Of a stretch of 32,000 bases of DNA, positions 17,738 through 25,706 are shown one piece after another. The stretch lies in assembly GCA_025359105.1 (NCBI GenBank), contig JANYHK010000007.1:42958-74957 (forward strand), in the 5' to 3' direction. Below the pieces are notes generated by a model. The model was not told the DNA's origin. It was given only the letters and a program-made list of their open reading frames with translations, and ran no database searches. How positions within the stretch are numbered: position 1 is the first letter of the stretch; each line of letters begins with the position of its first letter. Both the position numbers and the translations under genes were made by a program. The DNA is from Myxococcales bacterium. Its GTDB lineage: Bacteria; Myxococcota_A; Polyangia; Polyangiales; Polyangiaceae.

Positions 17738-18008
17738 ATGTGCTGTTTTTCCCAGCCCGTGAAGCACATCGCCGGCACGAAGATCTTTGCGCGCGCGACG
17801 TCGCCGGCGCACCAGGTCGTCGTCTACTCGATGCGTCTGCGCGCGGACGCCGATGTAACCGCCGCCGCGCTGGGCGGCGTCGCGCGGGCCGCTGGGCGCC
17901 CACGTCGACGCGACACGCGCGCGCGGCCTCGTCGATCCGAGCGCCCCCGGTTGGGGCAAGGCGCTCTTCGGCCCGCAGCGCAACGCCGACGTCTACGTCC
18001 CCTCCTGA
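17738..18008 (+). pseudogene. Probable frameshifted/internally deleted remnant of a conserved hypothetical gene (N-terminus MCCFSQPVKHIAGTKIFAR...VVVYSM)
   Basis: The frame starting at ATG 17738 has good GC3 and a protein-like sequence for about 50 codons. It then degenerates into an Arg-rich, low-GC3 translation. From about 17889 a different frame becomes protein-like with high GC3 (PLGAHVDATRARGLVDPSAPGWGKALFGPQRNADVYVPS, stop at 18006-18008). Confidence 0.35.
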
Positions 18009-18130
18009 CTCCTGAGCGGCCGGTTGGACACGACGCAGAGCCTTCCGGCAAGTAGCGGAAATTTCGGAAAGATCGGCAAACGGCGGCGTGCCCGAGATCT
18101 TTTGGTCGCGCCGCCCGTACTACGTTTCTG

Positions 18131-19606
18131 ATGCAGCTCCGAAACGTGGCTCTCTGGGTGGCGTTCGGGGTCGTCGCCTCCAGCGCGGGGGCGATGGCGA
18201 TCCCCGTCGCGAAGAGCGCACACACCTCGCAGACCGAGGTCGGGCCCGAGCCCACACCCAAGATCGATCTGTCGCACTTCTCCGCGGGCCAGACGCTCCT
18301 CGTCGACGGGCGCCTCGGGCACGCGACGCTTCCCCAGAATGGCGCCGGCGAGACATACTTCTTCGCGTCGGTGACCGGCAGCGCCCCGGCCGGCGTGAGC
18401 GCGCCGCCCTTGAACCTCGCCATCGTCATCGACCGCTCCGGCTCGATGAAGGGGGACCGCATCTCCAACGCGCTCGCCGCCGCCGTCGGCATGGTCGATC
18501 GCATGCGCGACGGTGACAGCGTCACCGTCGTGAGCTTCGACACCGAGGCCACGCTCGTCGTGCCGCCCACGCTGGCGCACGCGTCGACCCGATCGTCGAT
18601 CGACGCGGCGATCCGCTCCATCCGCCTCGGCGGCGACACGTGCGTCTCGTGCGGCCTCGACGAGGGGATGCGCCAGCTCGATCAGACGGCGCTCGGCCCC
18701 GAGCGGGTCAACCGCATGATCCTCCTGTCCGACGGCGCGACGAACCACGGCGTGCGCGATCTCCCCGGCCTGCGCGGCGTCGCCGGGCGCATGCGCGACC
18801 GCGGGATCACCATCTCGACCATCGGCGTCGACGTCGACTTCGACGAGAAGGTGATGACGGCTATCGCCGCCGAGGGCAACGGCCAGCACTACTTCGTCGA
18901 GTCGCCCACCGGTCTGGCCGCGGTCTTCTCGCGCGAGTTCGACGATCTCCTCGCCTCCATCGCCAGCGACACCGAGCTCGCGATCGACCTGCCGTCCGGA
19001 GTCGAGGTCGACCAGGTCTTCGATCGCAGCTTCCGCCGCGACGGCTCGCGCATCATCGTCCCGTTCGGAACGTTCAGCGCAAAAGAAGAGAAGACCGTCC
19101 TCGTGAAGCTGAAGGTCCCCGCCAGCCAGGTCGGCGTGCAGCCCGTCGTGGACGTGAAGCTGACCTACCGCGACCTCGCCCAGAAGAACGTCGGCTCGTG
19201 CGCCGGCGCGCTCGCAGTGGTCGTCACCGCCGACGCGGGAACGGCGCAAAAAGACCTCGATCCCTACGTGGCCACCCGCCTCGAGCGAAGCCGCACCGCG
19301 CAAACCCTGAGCGAAGTGAACCGCCTCTTCGAAGCCGGCCAGGTCAACGCCGCGCTCCTCCGCCTGAAGCAGCAGGACGACAACCTCGCCAAGACCGAAG
19401 CCCTCGCCCGCCGCGCCCCACCCCGCCCTTCGCCGGCCATGCACACCCGCTCGATCGAGGAAGACCTGAAGCAGCAGCGCGTCGCCGTCTCCAACGCCAG
19501 CAACGGCATCGCCCCCCCCAAAGCGCCCGCCCCCGCCCCAAGCTCCCACGCCGGCAAAGCCTCCCGAAAAGAAAACGAGCTCGAGAAGCTCGACTTCTGG
19601 AAGTAG
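18131..19606 (+). CDS. Secreted von Willebrand factor A (vWA) domain protein
   Basis: The signal peptide is MQLRNVALWVAFGVVASSAGAMA. The MIDAS motif is IVIDRSGSM (DxSxS), with downstream LLSDGATN and TIGVDVDFD elements of the vWA fold. The C-terminal extension is about 200 aa and includes a predicted helical/coiled segment. Confidence 0.9.
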   Translation: MQLRNVALWVAFGVVASSAGAMAIPVAKSAHTSQTEVGPEPTPKIDLSHFSAGQTLLVDGRLGHATLPQNGAGETYFFASVTGSAPAGVSAPPLNLAIVIDRSGSMKGDRISNALAAAVGMVDRMRDGDSVTVVSFDTEATLVVPPTLAHASTRSSIDAAIRSIRLGGDTCVSCGLDEGMRQLDQTALGPERVNRMILLSDGATNHGVRDLPGLRGVAGRMRDRGITISTIGVDVDFDEKVMTAIAAEGNGQHYFVESPTGLAAVFSREFDDLLASIASDTELAIDLPSGVEVDQVFDRSFRRDGSRIIVPFGTFSAKEEKTVLVKLKVPASQVGVQPVVDVKLTYRDLAQKNVGSCAGALAVVVTADAGTAQKDLDPYVATRLERSRTAQTLSEVNRLFEAGQVNAALLRLKQQDDNLAKTEALARRAPPRPSPAMHTRSIEEDLKQQRVAVSNASNGIAPPKAPAPAPSSHAGKASRKENELEKLDFWK

Positions 19607-19722
19607 CCCCGTCGCGAGCGTCCCCTCTGCCAAGGGGCGAAGGAGAGAGGCGAGCCCGCCAAGCCGCGCGCGTCCCTGTAAGCTCCGAGCCTGCCCCGCG
19701 TTCACCGAGGGAGAGGCCACCC

Positions 19723-22700
19723 ATGCATTCGCGTTCGTCGACACGCCGCGCCACCGTTCCCTTCACCCTGTTCGTGGTGGCCGTCGCCGGCTGCGGCGCC
19801 TCGGAGAGCGCGCCGAGGAGCCCGAACGCGACCGCCGCGCACGACGCGCCGGCGCCTGCCGGGTACCCGGGTGCGATGGGGGGCGCTGCGCAAGCGGCGC
19901 CCGCGATGGAGGCGGCGAAGAAGGCCGACGACGCGTCGCCGAAGAAGCCCGAGGAGACGACCTGGAAGCGCTCGCAGGTCGCGGCCAACGCGACGCGCCT
20001 CATGGTCGGCGAACGCGAAGAGCTTCCGCTGAAGACGATGCAGGCCAAGATCACCGTCGACGGCTTCCGCGCGCGCGTCCTCATCGACTACGTCTACGGC
20101 AACGACCGCGACCGGCAGCTCGAGGGGACGTTCCAGCTCCGGCTGCCCGAAGAAGCGTCGCCGTACTTCTTCGCGTTCGGTGAGAGCACGTACGAGGCCA
20201 AGCCGGTCGCCGCCGGTCCCACGCCGCAGCCGCTGTTCTTCGCCGTCGCCGAGACGCGCAAGATGGGCGACGGGCCGCTCGAGATCATGAACGAGCGTCA
20301 GTCTTCGTGGATCCACCCGAAGGAGGCGCGCATGGTCCCGCGCGAGAAGGCCGCGTTCGCGTACGGCGAGACGGTGCGCCGCCGCGTGGATCCGGCGCTC
20401 ATGGAGTGGGCGGGCGCCGGCGTCTTCAACGCGCGCGTGTTTCCGCTCGCGCCGCACAAGCTGCATCGCGTCGTCGTCGGCTACGATCTCGACCTCGTCC
20501 GCATCGGCGACGATCTCGAGTACCGCTTCGATCTGCCGGAGAAGACGCCGCAAGCGATGGTGGACATCCGCGTCGCCAAGCTCGCCGGCGTCGCGACGAC
20601 CACGACGCCCGCGGCCCCGCCCGCCGCCGACGAGCGCCGCCAGTACTTCCACTTCGAGAACCCGAAGGACCGCACGCTCACCTTGCGCATGAAGTCGCCA
20701 GGCGCGCCGGCCATCGTGGGGAGCGACGCGAAGACCGGCGACTACTTCGCCGCGCAGGTGAAGCCGACGCTCCCCGCCGGCGCGCCGAGCGCATCGATGG
20801 ACAGCGCGGTCTTCCTGCTCGACACGTCGCTCAGCTCGAACCCCGATCGCTTCAACGTGTGGCTCAAGATGATGCGCACGGTCCTCGACGCGAACCGCCC
20901 ACAGCTCAAACGCTTCAACGTGCTGTTTTTCGGCGTCGACGCGCGCTGGTACAAGCTCGGCTTCGCGGAGAACACGCCGGCGGGCGTGGACGCGCTCATG
21001 ACGACGGCCGGCGGCCTCGCGCTCGAGGGCGCGACGGACATCGGCGCCGCGCTCAAGGAAGCCGCGCACCCGGCGTGGCTCGAGGCGAAGCCGGGCAGCA
21101 AGAGCTACGACGTGTTCCTGCTCTCCGACGGCGCGGCGACGTGGGGCGAAGGGAACCTGTACGCGCTCGGGCGCACGTTCGCGTCGGGCAGCGCGGGGAG
21201 CCTCTACGCGTACCAGACCGGCCTCGCGGGCACCGACGTCGCGGCCCTCACGCACCTGGCGCGCGAGAGCGGCGGCGCGGTCTTCTCCGTCACCGGCGAG
21301 GCCGAGATCGTGCGCGCCGCGACGGCCCACCGCGCGCGTCCGTGGCAGCTGGCTTCCGCCACCGTCGCGGGCGGCTCCGACGTTCTCCTCGCGGGCCGCC
21401 CGAAGGCGATTTTCCCGGGGCAAACGCTCCTCGCCGTCGGGCGCGGCGCGATCACCGCGGGCGCCGAGCTGGTGCTGACGCTCGAGCGCGACGGCCAGAA
21501 GCAGACCGTCAAGACGAAGCTCGGCGCGCCGGTGCCCTCGAAGCTCGCGCCGCGCGCGTACGGGCAGGTCGCGACGTCGCAGCTCGAGGAGCTCGAGGTG
21601 GCGACCGAGGGCGTGTCGAAGGCGTACGCGACGCACTTTCGCGTGACCGGGCGCACGTGCTCGCTCCTGATGCTCGACAGCGAGCAGGACTACGAGCGCT
21701 TCGCGATCCGCCCCGAAGAGGACGCGTTCGTCGTGAAGGGGACCCCCGCGGGCGATCTCTTCGCGGCCACGCTGAAGCAGACGTACGACACGCTGGGCGA
21801 TCCGAAGGCGAGCTTCATGGCGCTCCTCGCCAAGCTCGAGAAGACGCCGGGCGTGAAGCTGCAGGTGCCGGCGGCGTACAAGATGGCGGTGACGCAGATG
21901 CCGGCGTCCGCGTTCGCGGTCGACGCCGCGCCGCTCGCGACGAAGCTCACCGCCAAAGCGCAGCTCGCGCCGAACCTGCTCGCGATGCTGGCGAAGCACG
22001 AGCTCGACTACGATCGCATCAGCGACGACGCGCGCGCGCGGCAGGGGCAGGCGGGGCCGGGCGACGCGCTGAAGGCGCTCTCCTCACTCGTCGAGGAGAA
22101 CCCCGGCGACGCGGTCCTCGCGCGCGACGTCGGCTTCTCGGCGATGGACCTCGGCCTCCGCCCGCAGGCCTACCACCTGTTCCGACGCGTCGCCGACATG
22201 CGCCCCTACGAGCCGCAGACCTACCGCGCGATGGCGCAGGCGCTCGCCGCCATGGGCAAGACGGATCTGGCGCTCGCGTACTACGAGATCCCGCTCATCG
22301 GCGAGTGGGACCCGCGCTTCGGAGATCTGCGCGCGATCGTCGAGCTCGACTACCTGCGCTTCTTGCGCGGCATCGCCGCCGGCAAGGCGAAGACGACGGC
22401 GAGCGAGTACGCGAAGGCGCGCCTCGAGACGCTCGCGAAGAAGATCGGCATGACGGAGGCGGACCTCGTCGTCACGATCACCTGGAACACCGACAACACC
22501 GACGTCGACCTGCACGTGACCGAACCGGGCGGCGAAGAGTGCTTCTACAGCCACCGCCAGACGCGCACGGGCGGCGAGCTCACGCGCGACGTGACCCAGG
22601 GCTACGGCCCCGAGATGTACGTCCTGAAGCGCGCGCCGACCGGCCGCTACCTGGTGCGCGCGCACTACTACGCGTCGGATCGCAACCGCGCGAGCGCGCG

Positions 22701-22824
22701 CACGAAGGTCTACGTGACGACCTACGAGGACTGGGGCACGCCGAAGGAGCGCGCGACGGAGAAGGTCGTCACGCTCGAGACCGGCAAGGAGATGCACGAC
22801 ATCGCGCTCATCGACCGGCGCTGA
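19723..22824 (+). CDS. VIT-vWA-TPR-DUF2135 multidomain lipoprotein (YfaP-like C-terminus)
   Basis: The ATG at 19723 has GAGGGAGAGG upstream, and the lipobox is VAVAGC. A VIT-like region follows (LPLKTMQAKITVDGFRARVLIDYVYGN...EGTFQLRLPEEASPYFFAF). The vWA domain has the MIDAS motif FLLDTSLSS and FLLSDGAATWGE. A TPR-like helical region follows. The C-terminus is LVVTITWNTDNTDVDLHVTEPGGEECFYSHRQTRTGGELTRDVTQGYGPEMYVL, which matches the DUF2135 signature as I recall it. The 5' 1083 nt of the 18640..22824 track ORF is a frame artefact over the previous gene. Confidence 0.9.
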   Translation: MHSRSSTRRATVPFTLFVVAVAGCGASESAPRSPNATAAHDAPAPAGYPGAMGGAAQAAPAMEAAKKADDASPKKPEETTWKRSQVAANATRLMVGEREELPLKTMQAKITVDGFRARVLIDYVYGNDRDRQLEGTFQLRLPEEASPYFFAFGESTYEAKPVAAGPTPQPLFFAVAETRKMGDGPLEIMNERQSSWIHPKEARMVPREKAAFAYGETVRRRVDPALMEWAGAGVFNARVFPLAPHKLHRVVVGYDLDLVRIGDDLEYRFDLPEKTPQAMVDIRVAKLAGVATTTTPAAPPAADERRQYFHFENPKDRTLTLRMKSPGAPAIVGSDAKTGDYFAAQVKPTLPAGAPSASMDSAVFLLDTSLSSNPDRFNVWLKMMRTVLDANRPQLKRFNVLFFGVDARWYKLGFAENTPAGVDALMTTAGGLALEGATDIGAALKEAAHPAWLEAKPGSKSYDVFLLSDGAATWGEGNLYALGRTFASGSAGSLYAYQTGLAGTDVAALTHLARESGGAVFSVTGEAEIVRAATAHRARPWQLASATVAGGSDVLLAGRPKAIFPGQTLLAVGRGAITAGAELVLTLERDGQKQTVKTKLGAPVPSKLAPRAYGQVATSQLEELEVATEGVSKAYATHFRVTGRTCSLLMLDSEQDYERFAIRPEEDAFVVKGTPAGDLFAATLKQTYDTLGDPKASFMALLAKLEKTPGVKLQVPAAYKMAVTQMPASAFAVDAAPLATKLTAKAQLAPNLLAMLAKHELDYDRISDDARARQGQAGPGDALKALSSLVEENPGDAVLARDVGFSAMDLGLRPQAYHLFRRVADMRPYEPQTYRAMAQALAAMGKTDLALAYYEIPLIGEWDPRFGDLRAIVELDYLRFLRGIAAGKAKTTASEYAKARLETLAKKIGMTEADLVVTITWNTDNTDVDLHVTEPGGEECFYSHRQTRTGGELTRDVTQGYGPEMYVLKRAPTGRYLVRAHYYASDRNRASARTKVYVTTYEDWGTPKERATEKVVTLETGKEMHDIALIDRR

Positions 22825-22827
22825 ACG

Positions 22828-23214
22828 CTACTTCTCGTCGCCGCCGCACGACGTCCACATGAGGAGGACCTCGGCGTCGGCGGGGGCGAACGGGACCTGG
22901 CGCGGCGGCATGGCGCACGCCGCGACCTGGACGCCCATGCGGCTTCGCTGCGCGAGGGCCACGGCCGTCTTGGAGAAGTCGTGGTCCTCGACCGCCATGC
23001 CGTCCCCCGCGTGGCACGCGAAGCACGCGCGCTTGAGGATCGGCAGCACGTCCTTCTCGTAGCTTGGAATCGTGCCCGCGCAGGAGGCCGGCTTCTTGAG
23101 CGTACACGCCACCGGCGGCGGGGGAGGCGTCCGCGGGGTCGTGATGGGCGCCGGGGGATCTACACATGCCGCGAGCAACGCGGCGCCAAGAGCGAGCACG
23201 AGCAATGACTTCAC
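22828..23214 (-). CDS. Small lipoprotein with a CxxCH haem-binding motif (planctomycete-type cytochrome c-like domain)
   Basis: The GTG start at 23214 overlaps the upstream stop (GTGA). The lipobox is ALLAAC. DVLPILKRACFACHAG matches the PSCyt1-type pattern (PIL...CxxCH). Confidence 0.75.
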   Translation of the reverse strand: MKSLLVLALGAALLAACVDPPAPITTPRTPPPPPVACTLKKPASCAGTIPSYEKDVLPILKRACFACHAGDGMAVEDHDFSKTAVALAQRSRMGVQVAACAMPPRQVPFAPADAEVLLMWTSCGGDEK

Positions 23215-24161
23215 GCGAAAGGCTTCTCCTCGACGCGCGCGCGCGCGTTCTCGATGGTCACGGCGCGATGGCCGATGCCGTGATCTTTGCTAGCAGCGTC
23301 CCACGGCAGCGGCGCGCGCTTGGGCACGGAGCCCGGCGCCGGCAGCGGGAAGATGAGCGAGCGGGCGGAGTGATGGGACACGCGCCCGGTCACCTTGTGG
23401 TTCTCCTGGTGGATGTGCCCGTAGAAGACCGTCGCGTCGCGCCCGGAGAGCAGCTCCAGCGCGCGCGCGCCGTCCTTCGTCGTCCAATCCCATTCCGGAA
23501 AGAGGTCGAAGAGGGGGCGATGGGCGAGCACCACGAGCGGCGCGCCGGCGGGGACGCGCGCGATCTCGCCCTTGAGCCAGTCGAGCTGCCCGTCGCCGAG
23601 CGTGCCACCGGGCGCCGACGCGTTGTCGAGCGCGATGAAGTGGACGCCCTTGTGCTGGAACGACTGGGTGAGCGGCCCGAAGGCCTCCTTGTAGGCGGCG
23701 CCTTGATCGGGGGCGGCGTCGTGCTCACCGGGGAGGAAGTAGAGCTTCTTGACCGTGAGACCGGCGACGATCTCCTTGAACTCGGCCAGCCGCGCGCGCC
23801 GCTCCTTGGCGTCGTCGGTCGTGTGCGTGAGATCGCCGGTGAAGACGATGAAGTCCGGCTGCGCGGCCGACGCGTTGATCGCGGCGACCGTCTTCTTGAG
23901 GCACGTGTCGGCCTCGGGGTTCGGTGCGCCCTTGAAACCCCAGTGCGTGTCGGTGAGCTGGAGGAAGAAGAAGTCCTCGACCTTCGCAGCCGCCGGCGCG
24001 CCTGCCAGCGGACCACCGGAGACCGGGGCCGCGCCGGATGCGACCTGGGGCGTTACGCCGCTGGCCTCGGCGCCGCCGCAGCCGATCAGGCCCGACGCGA
24101 AGACCACTCCACCTAAACCGGCGAGCGCGAGCACGTCGCGTCGACGAAGATCCTGACTCAT
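23211..24161 (-). CDS. Tat-exported lipoprotein metallophosphoesterase (calcineurin-like)
   Basis: The ATG at 24161 has GGAAGGAA upstream. The twin-arginine signal MSQDLRRRDVLALAGLGGVVFASGLIGC ends in the lipobox L-I-G-C. Phosphoesterase motifs are LTDTHWG, FTGDLTH, LPGEHD, LAHRP and YGHIHQ. Confidence 0.88.
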   Translation of the reverse strand: MSQDLRRRDVLALAGLGGVVFASGLIGCGGAEASGVTPQVASGAAPVSGGPLAGAPAAAKVEDFFFLQLTDTHWGFKGAPNPEADTCLKKTVAAINASAAQPDFIVFTGDLTHTTDDAKERRARLAEFKEIVAGLTVKKLYFLPGEHDAAPDQGAAYKEAFGPLTQSFQHKGVHFIALDNASAPGGTLGDGQLDWLKGEIARVPAGAPLVVLAHRPLFDLFPEWDWTTKDGARALELLSGRDATVFYGHIHQENHKVTGRVSHHSARSLIFPLPAPGSVPKRAPLPWDAASKDHGIGHRAVTIENARARVEEKPFA

Positions 24162-24191
24162 TTTCCGCGTTCCTTCCTGGACCCTCGCAGA

Positions 24192-24247
24192 AACGAACGA
24201 GCGGGGCAATGGTTCCATGGAACGGTCGGCGTGGCCCGCTCGTTCGT
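24192..24247. promoter_or_regulatory. Symmetric divergent pair of candidate ECF-type promoters (GGAAC-N16/17-CGTT on both strands)
   Basis: On the plus strand, GGAAC (24219-24223) is followed by a 17-nt spacer and CGTT (24241-24244). On the minus strand, GGAAC (complement of 24212-24216) is followed by a 16-nt spacer and CGTT (complement of 24192-24195). The two -35 elements form the palindrome GGTTCCATGGAAC. The -10 regions lie in a perfect 13-bp inverted repeat: ACGAACGAGCGGG at 24193-24205 and CCCGCTCGTTCGT at 24235-24247. Confidence 0.45.
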
Positions 24248-24345
24248 ACGGTCGGCTCACTGTGGTCACACCGGTTACCCTCTCCGAAGCCTGGCTCGAT
24301 CTGTTGCCCGCCGACGGGGGTGCCCTGTGGTACCAACCCGAGTCG

Positions 24346-24885
24346 ATGGGGACGATCCCGCCCGAGTCGCGGTCGCCGCTGACAGACGCCCTCGGGCACG
24401 CCGACGCGCTGTATCGCCTCGCGTACCACCTCGCCGGCGAGCGCGAGGACGCCGAGGACCTCGTCCAGGAGACGTACGCGCGCGCGTTCAAGGCGAGCGC
24501 GCAGTTCGTCGAAGGTACGAACCTGCGCGCGTGGCTCTGCCGGATCCTGCGTAACACCTACGTCGACGGCTTCCGGCGAGGACGCGTGAACCCGGTGCGT
24601 GGCGAGCTCGACGACGACGCCCCCGCCTCCGCGAAGGACGGAGCGCCGGAGCCGCTGCGGGGCGACGAAGAGCTCGAACGCCTGCGCGGTGTCGTCGCCG
24701 AGGACATCGAGGCCGCGCTCGCGACCCTCTCGGTCGACGCACGCACCGTGGTGCTGCTCGATCTCGAGGGCTTCACCGAGACCGAGCTGGCGACGGTCCT
24801 CGGTTGCGCGGTGGGGACGATCAAATCACGGCTCACCCGGGCGCGCGCCGCCCTGCGGGCCAAGCTGGCGGACTACGCGAGGTGA
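24346..24885 (+). CDS. ECF-family RNA polymerase sigma factor
   Basis: Region 2 is ALYRLAYHLAGEREDAEDLVQETYARAF...NLRAWLCRILRNTYVDGFRR. Region 4 HTH is LSVDARTVVLLDLEGFTETELATVLGCAVGTIKSRLTRARAALR. The start at ATG 24346 gives a typical lead-in of about 19 aa. The ATG at 24217 lies inside the promoter palindrome and is rejected; the GTG at 24262 remains possible. Confidence 0.9.
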   Translation: MGTIPPESRSPLTDALGHADALYRLAYHLAGEREDAEDLVQETYARAFKASAQFVEGTNLRAWLCRILRNTYVDGFRRGRVNPVRGELDDDAPASAKDGAPEPLRGDEELERLRGVVAEDIEAALATLSVDARTVVLLDLEGFTETELATVLGCAVGTIKSRLTRARAALRAKLADYAR

Positions 24886-24890
24886 GCATC

Positions 24891-25655
24891 ATGGACTGCG
24901 AAGCCGCCAGACCCCTCCTCCTCCCGCGCCGGCGCAAGACGCTGGACGACGTGACCGCCGAGGCCGTCGAGCAGCACCTCGCGGGTTGCGCGGCATGCCG
25001 CCACGAGGACGCCGCCGACGCCGAGCTGACGCGCGCGCTGGGTCGCATCGCCCGTCGCGAGGCTCCGAAATCGCTCGTACGCGCGGTGGAGGCGCGCTGG
25101 TCGCCGGCACCCACCCCCCGGACGACCAGGACCGGCACCCGTACGGTGCTCGCCATGCTCGCCGGGGCCGCGCTCGCCGCCGCCGCGCTCCTCGTGTGGC
25201 GCGGACGCACGCACTCCGAGGCCATGTACACGGAGGCCGTCAACGATCACCTGCGCCTCCTCTATAGCGATCACCCTCTGGAGGTCGAGAGCGGCGGCGT
25301 GCACCAGGTGAAGCCGTGGTTCGCGGGGCGCCTCGACTTCGCGCCCGTCGTCGCCTTCGGCGGGGACGCCGACTTTCCGCTCCAGGGCGGCGCCGTCGCG
25401 TATTTTCTCGATCGAAAGGCCGCCGCCTACGAGCTCAAGCGGCACCTGCACCCGATCACGCTCTTCGTCTTCCGGGCGGACGGGCTCGCCTGGCCCACGG
25501 CGACCCGTCCGATCGGCCATGCCCGCGGGTCGGCCGATACGATGCGGGGCTTTCATGTCCTCTTGTGGCGTGACGGGGACCTCGGGTACGCGCTCGTCTC
25601 GGATCTGAACGAGCGCGAGCTGGGCAGTCTGGCCGACAAGATCGCCGGCCCCTGA
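24891..25655 (+). CDS. Membrane-spanning ZAS-type (zf-HC2) anti-sigma factor
   Basis: The ATG is 5 nt after the sigma stop. The HxxxCxxC motif is HLAGCAAC, and there is one TM segment (VLAMLAGAALAAAALLVW). The periplasmic domain carries VNDHLRLL...HQVKPWFAGRLDFAPVV...ITLFVF, a pattern I associate with anti-sigma partners of ECF sigma factors. Confidence 0.85.
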   Translation: MDCEAARPLLLPRRRKTLDDVTAEAVEQHLAGCAACRHEDAADAELTRALGRIARREAPKSLVRAVEARWSPAPTPRTTRTGTRTVLAMLAGAALAAAALLVWRGRTHSEAMYTEAVNDHLRLLYSDHPLEVESGGVHQVKPWFAGRLDFAPVVAFGGDADFPLQGGAVAYFLDRKAAAYELKRHLHPITLFVFRADGLAWPTATRPIGHARGSADTMRGFHVLLWRDGDLGYALVSDLNERELGSLADKIAGP

Positions 25656-25706
25656 CACCGGGAAAGAGACCTCCCGGCGCCGCTCCCGTAGGATGGCGGC
25701 TCGGGC

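Noticed and set aside
17993-21999. 583-aa and 765-aa minus-strand ORFs (17993..19744, 19702..21999) antisense to the vWA genes
   Set aside because: The plus-strand products have intact MIDAS, VIT and DUF2135 motifs and proper signals. The antisense translations are low-complexity R/G/A/E-rich.
24217-24345. Upstream ATG (24217) as the start of the ECF sigma factor
   Set aside because: This ATG is the centre of the GGTTCCATGGAAC promoter palindrome. It would add about 43 non-conserved residues ahead of region 2. ATG 24346 gives a canonical ECF length, and GTG 24262 is not excluded.
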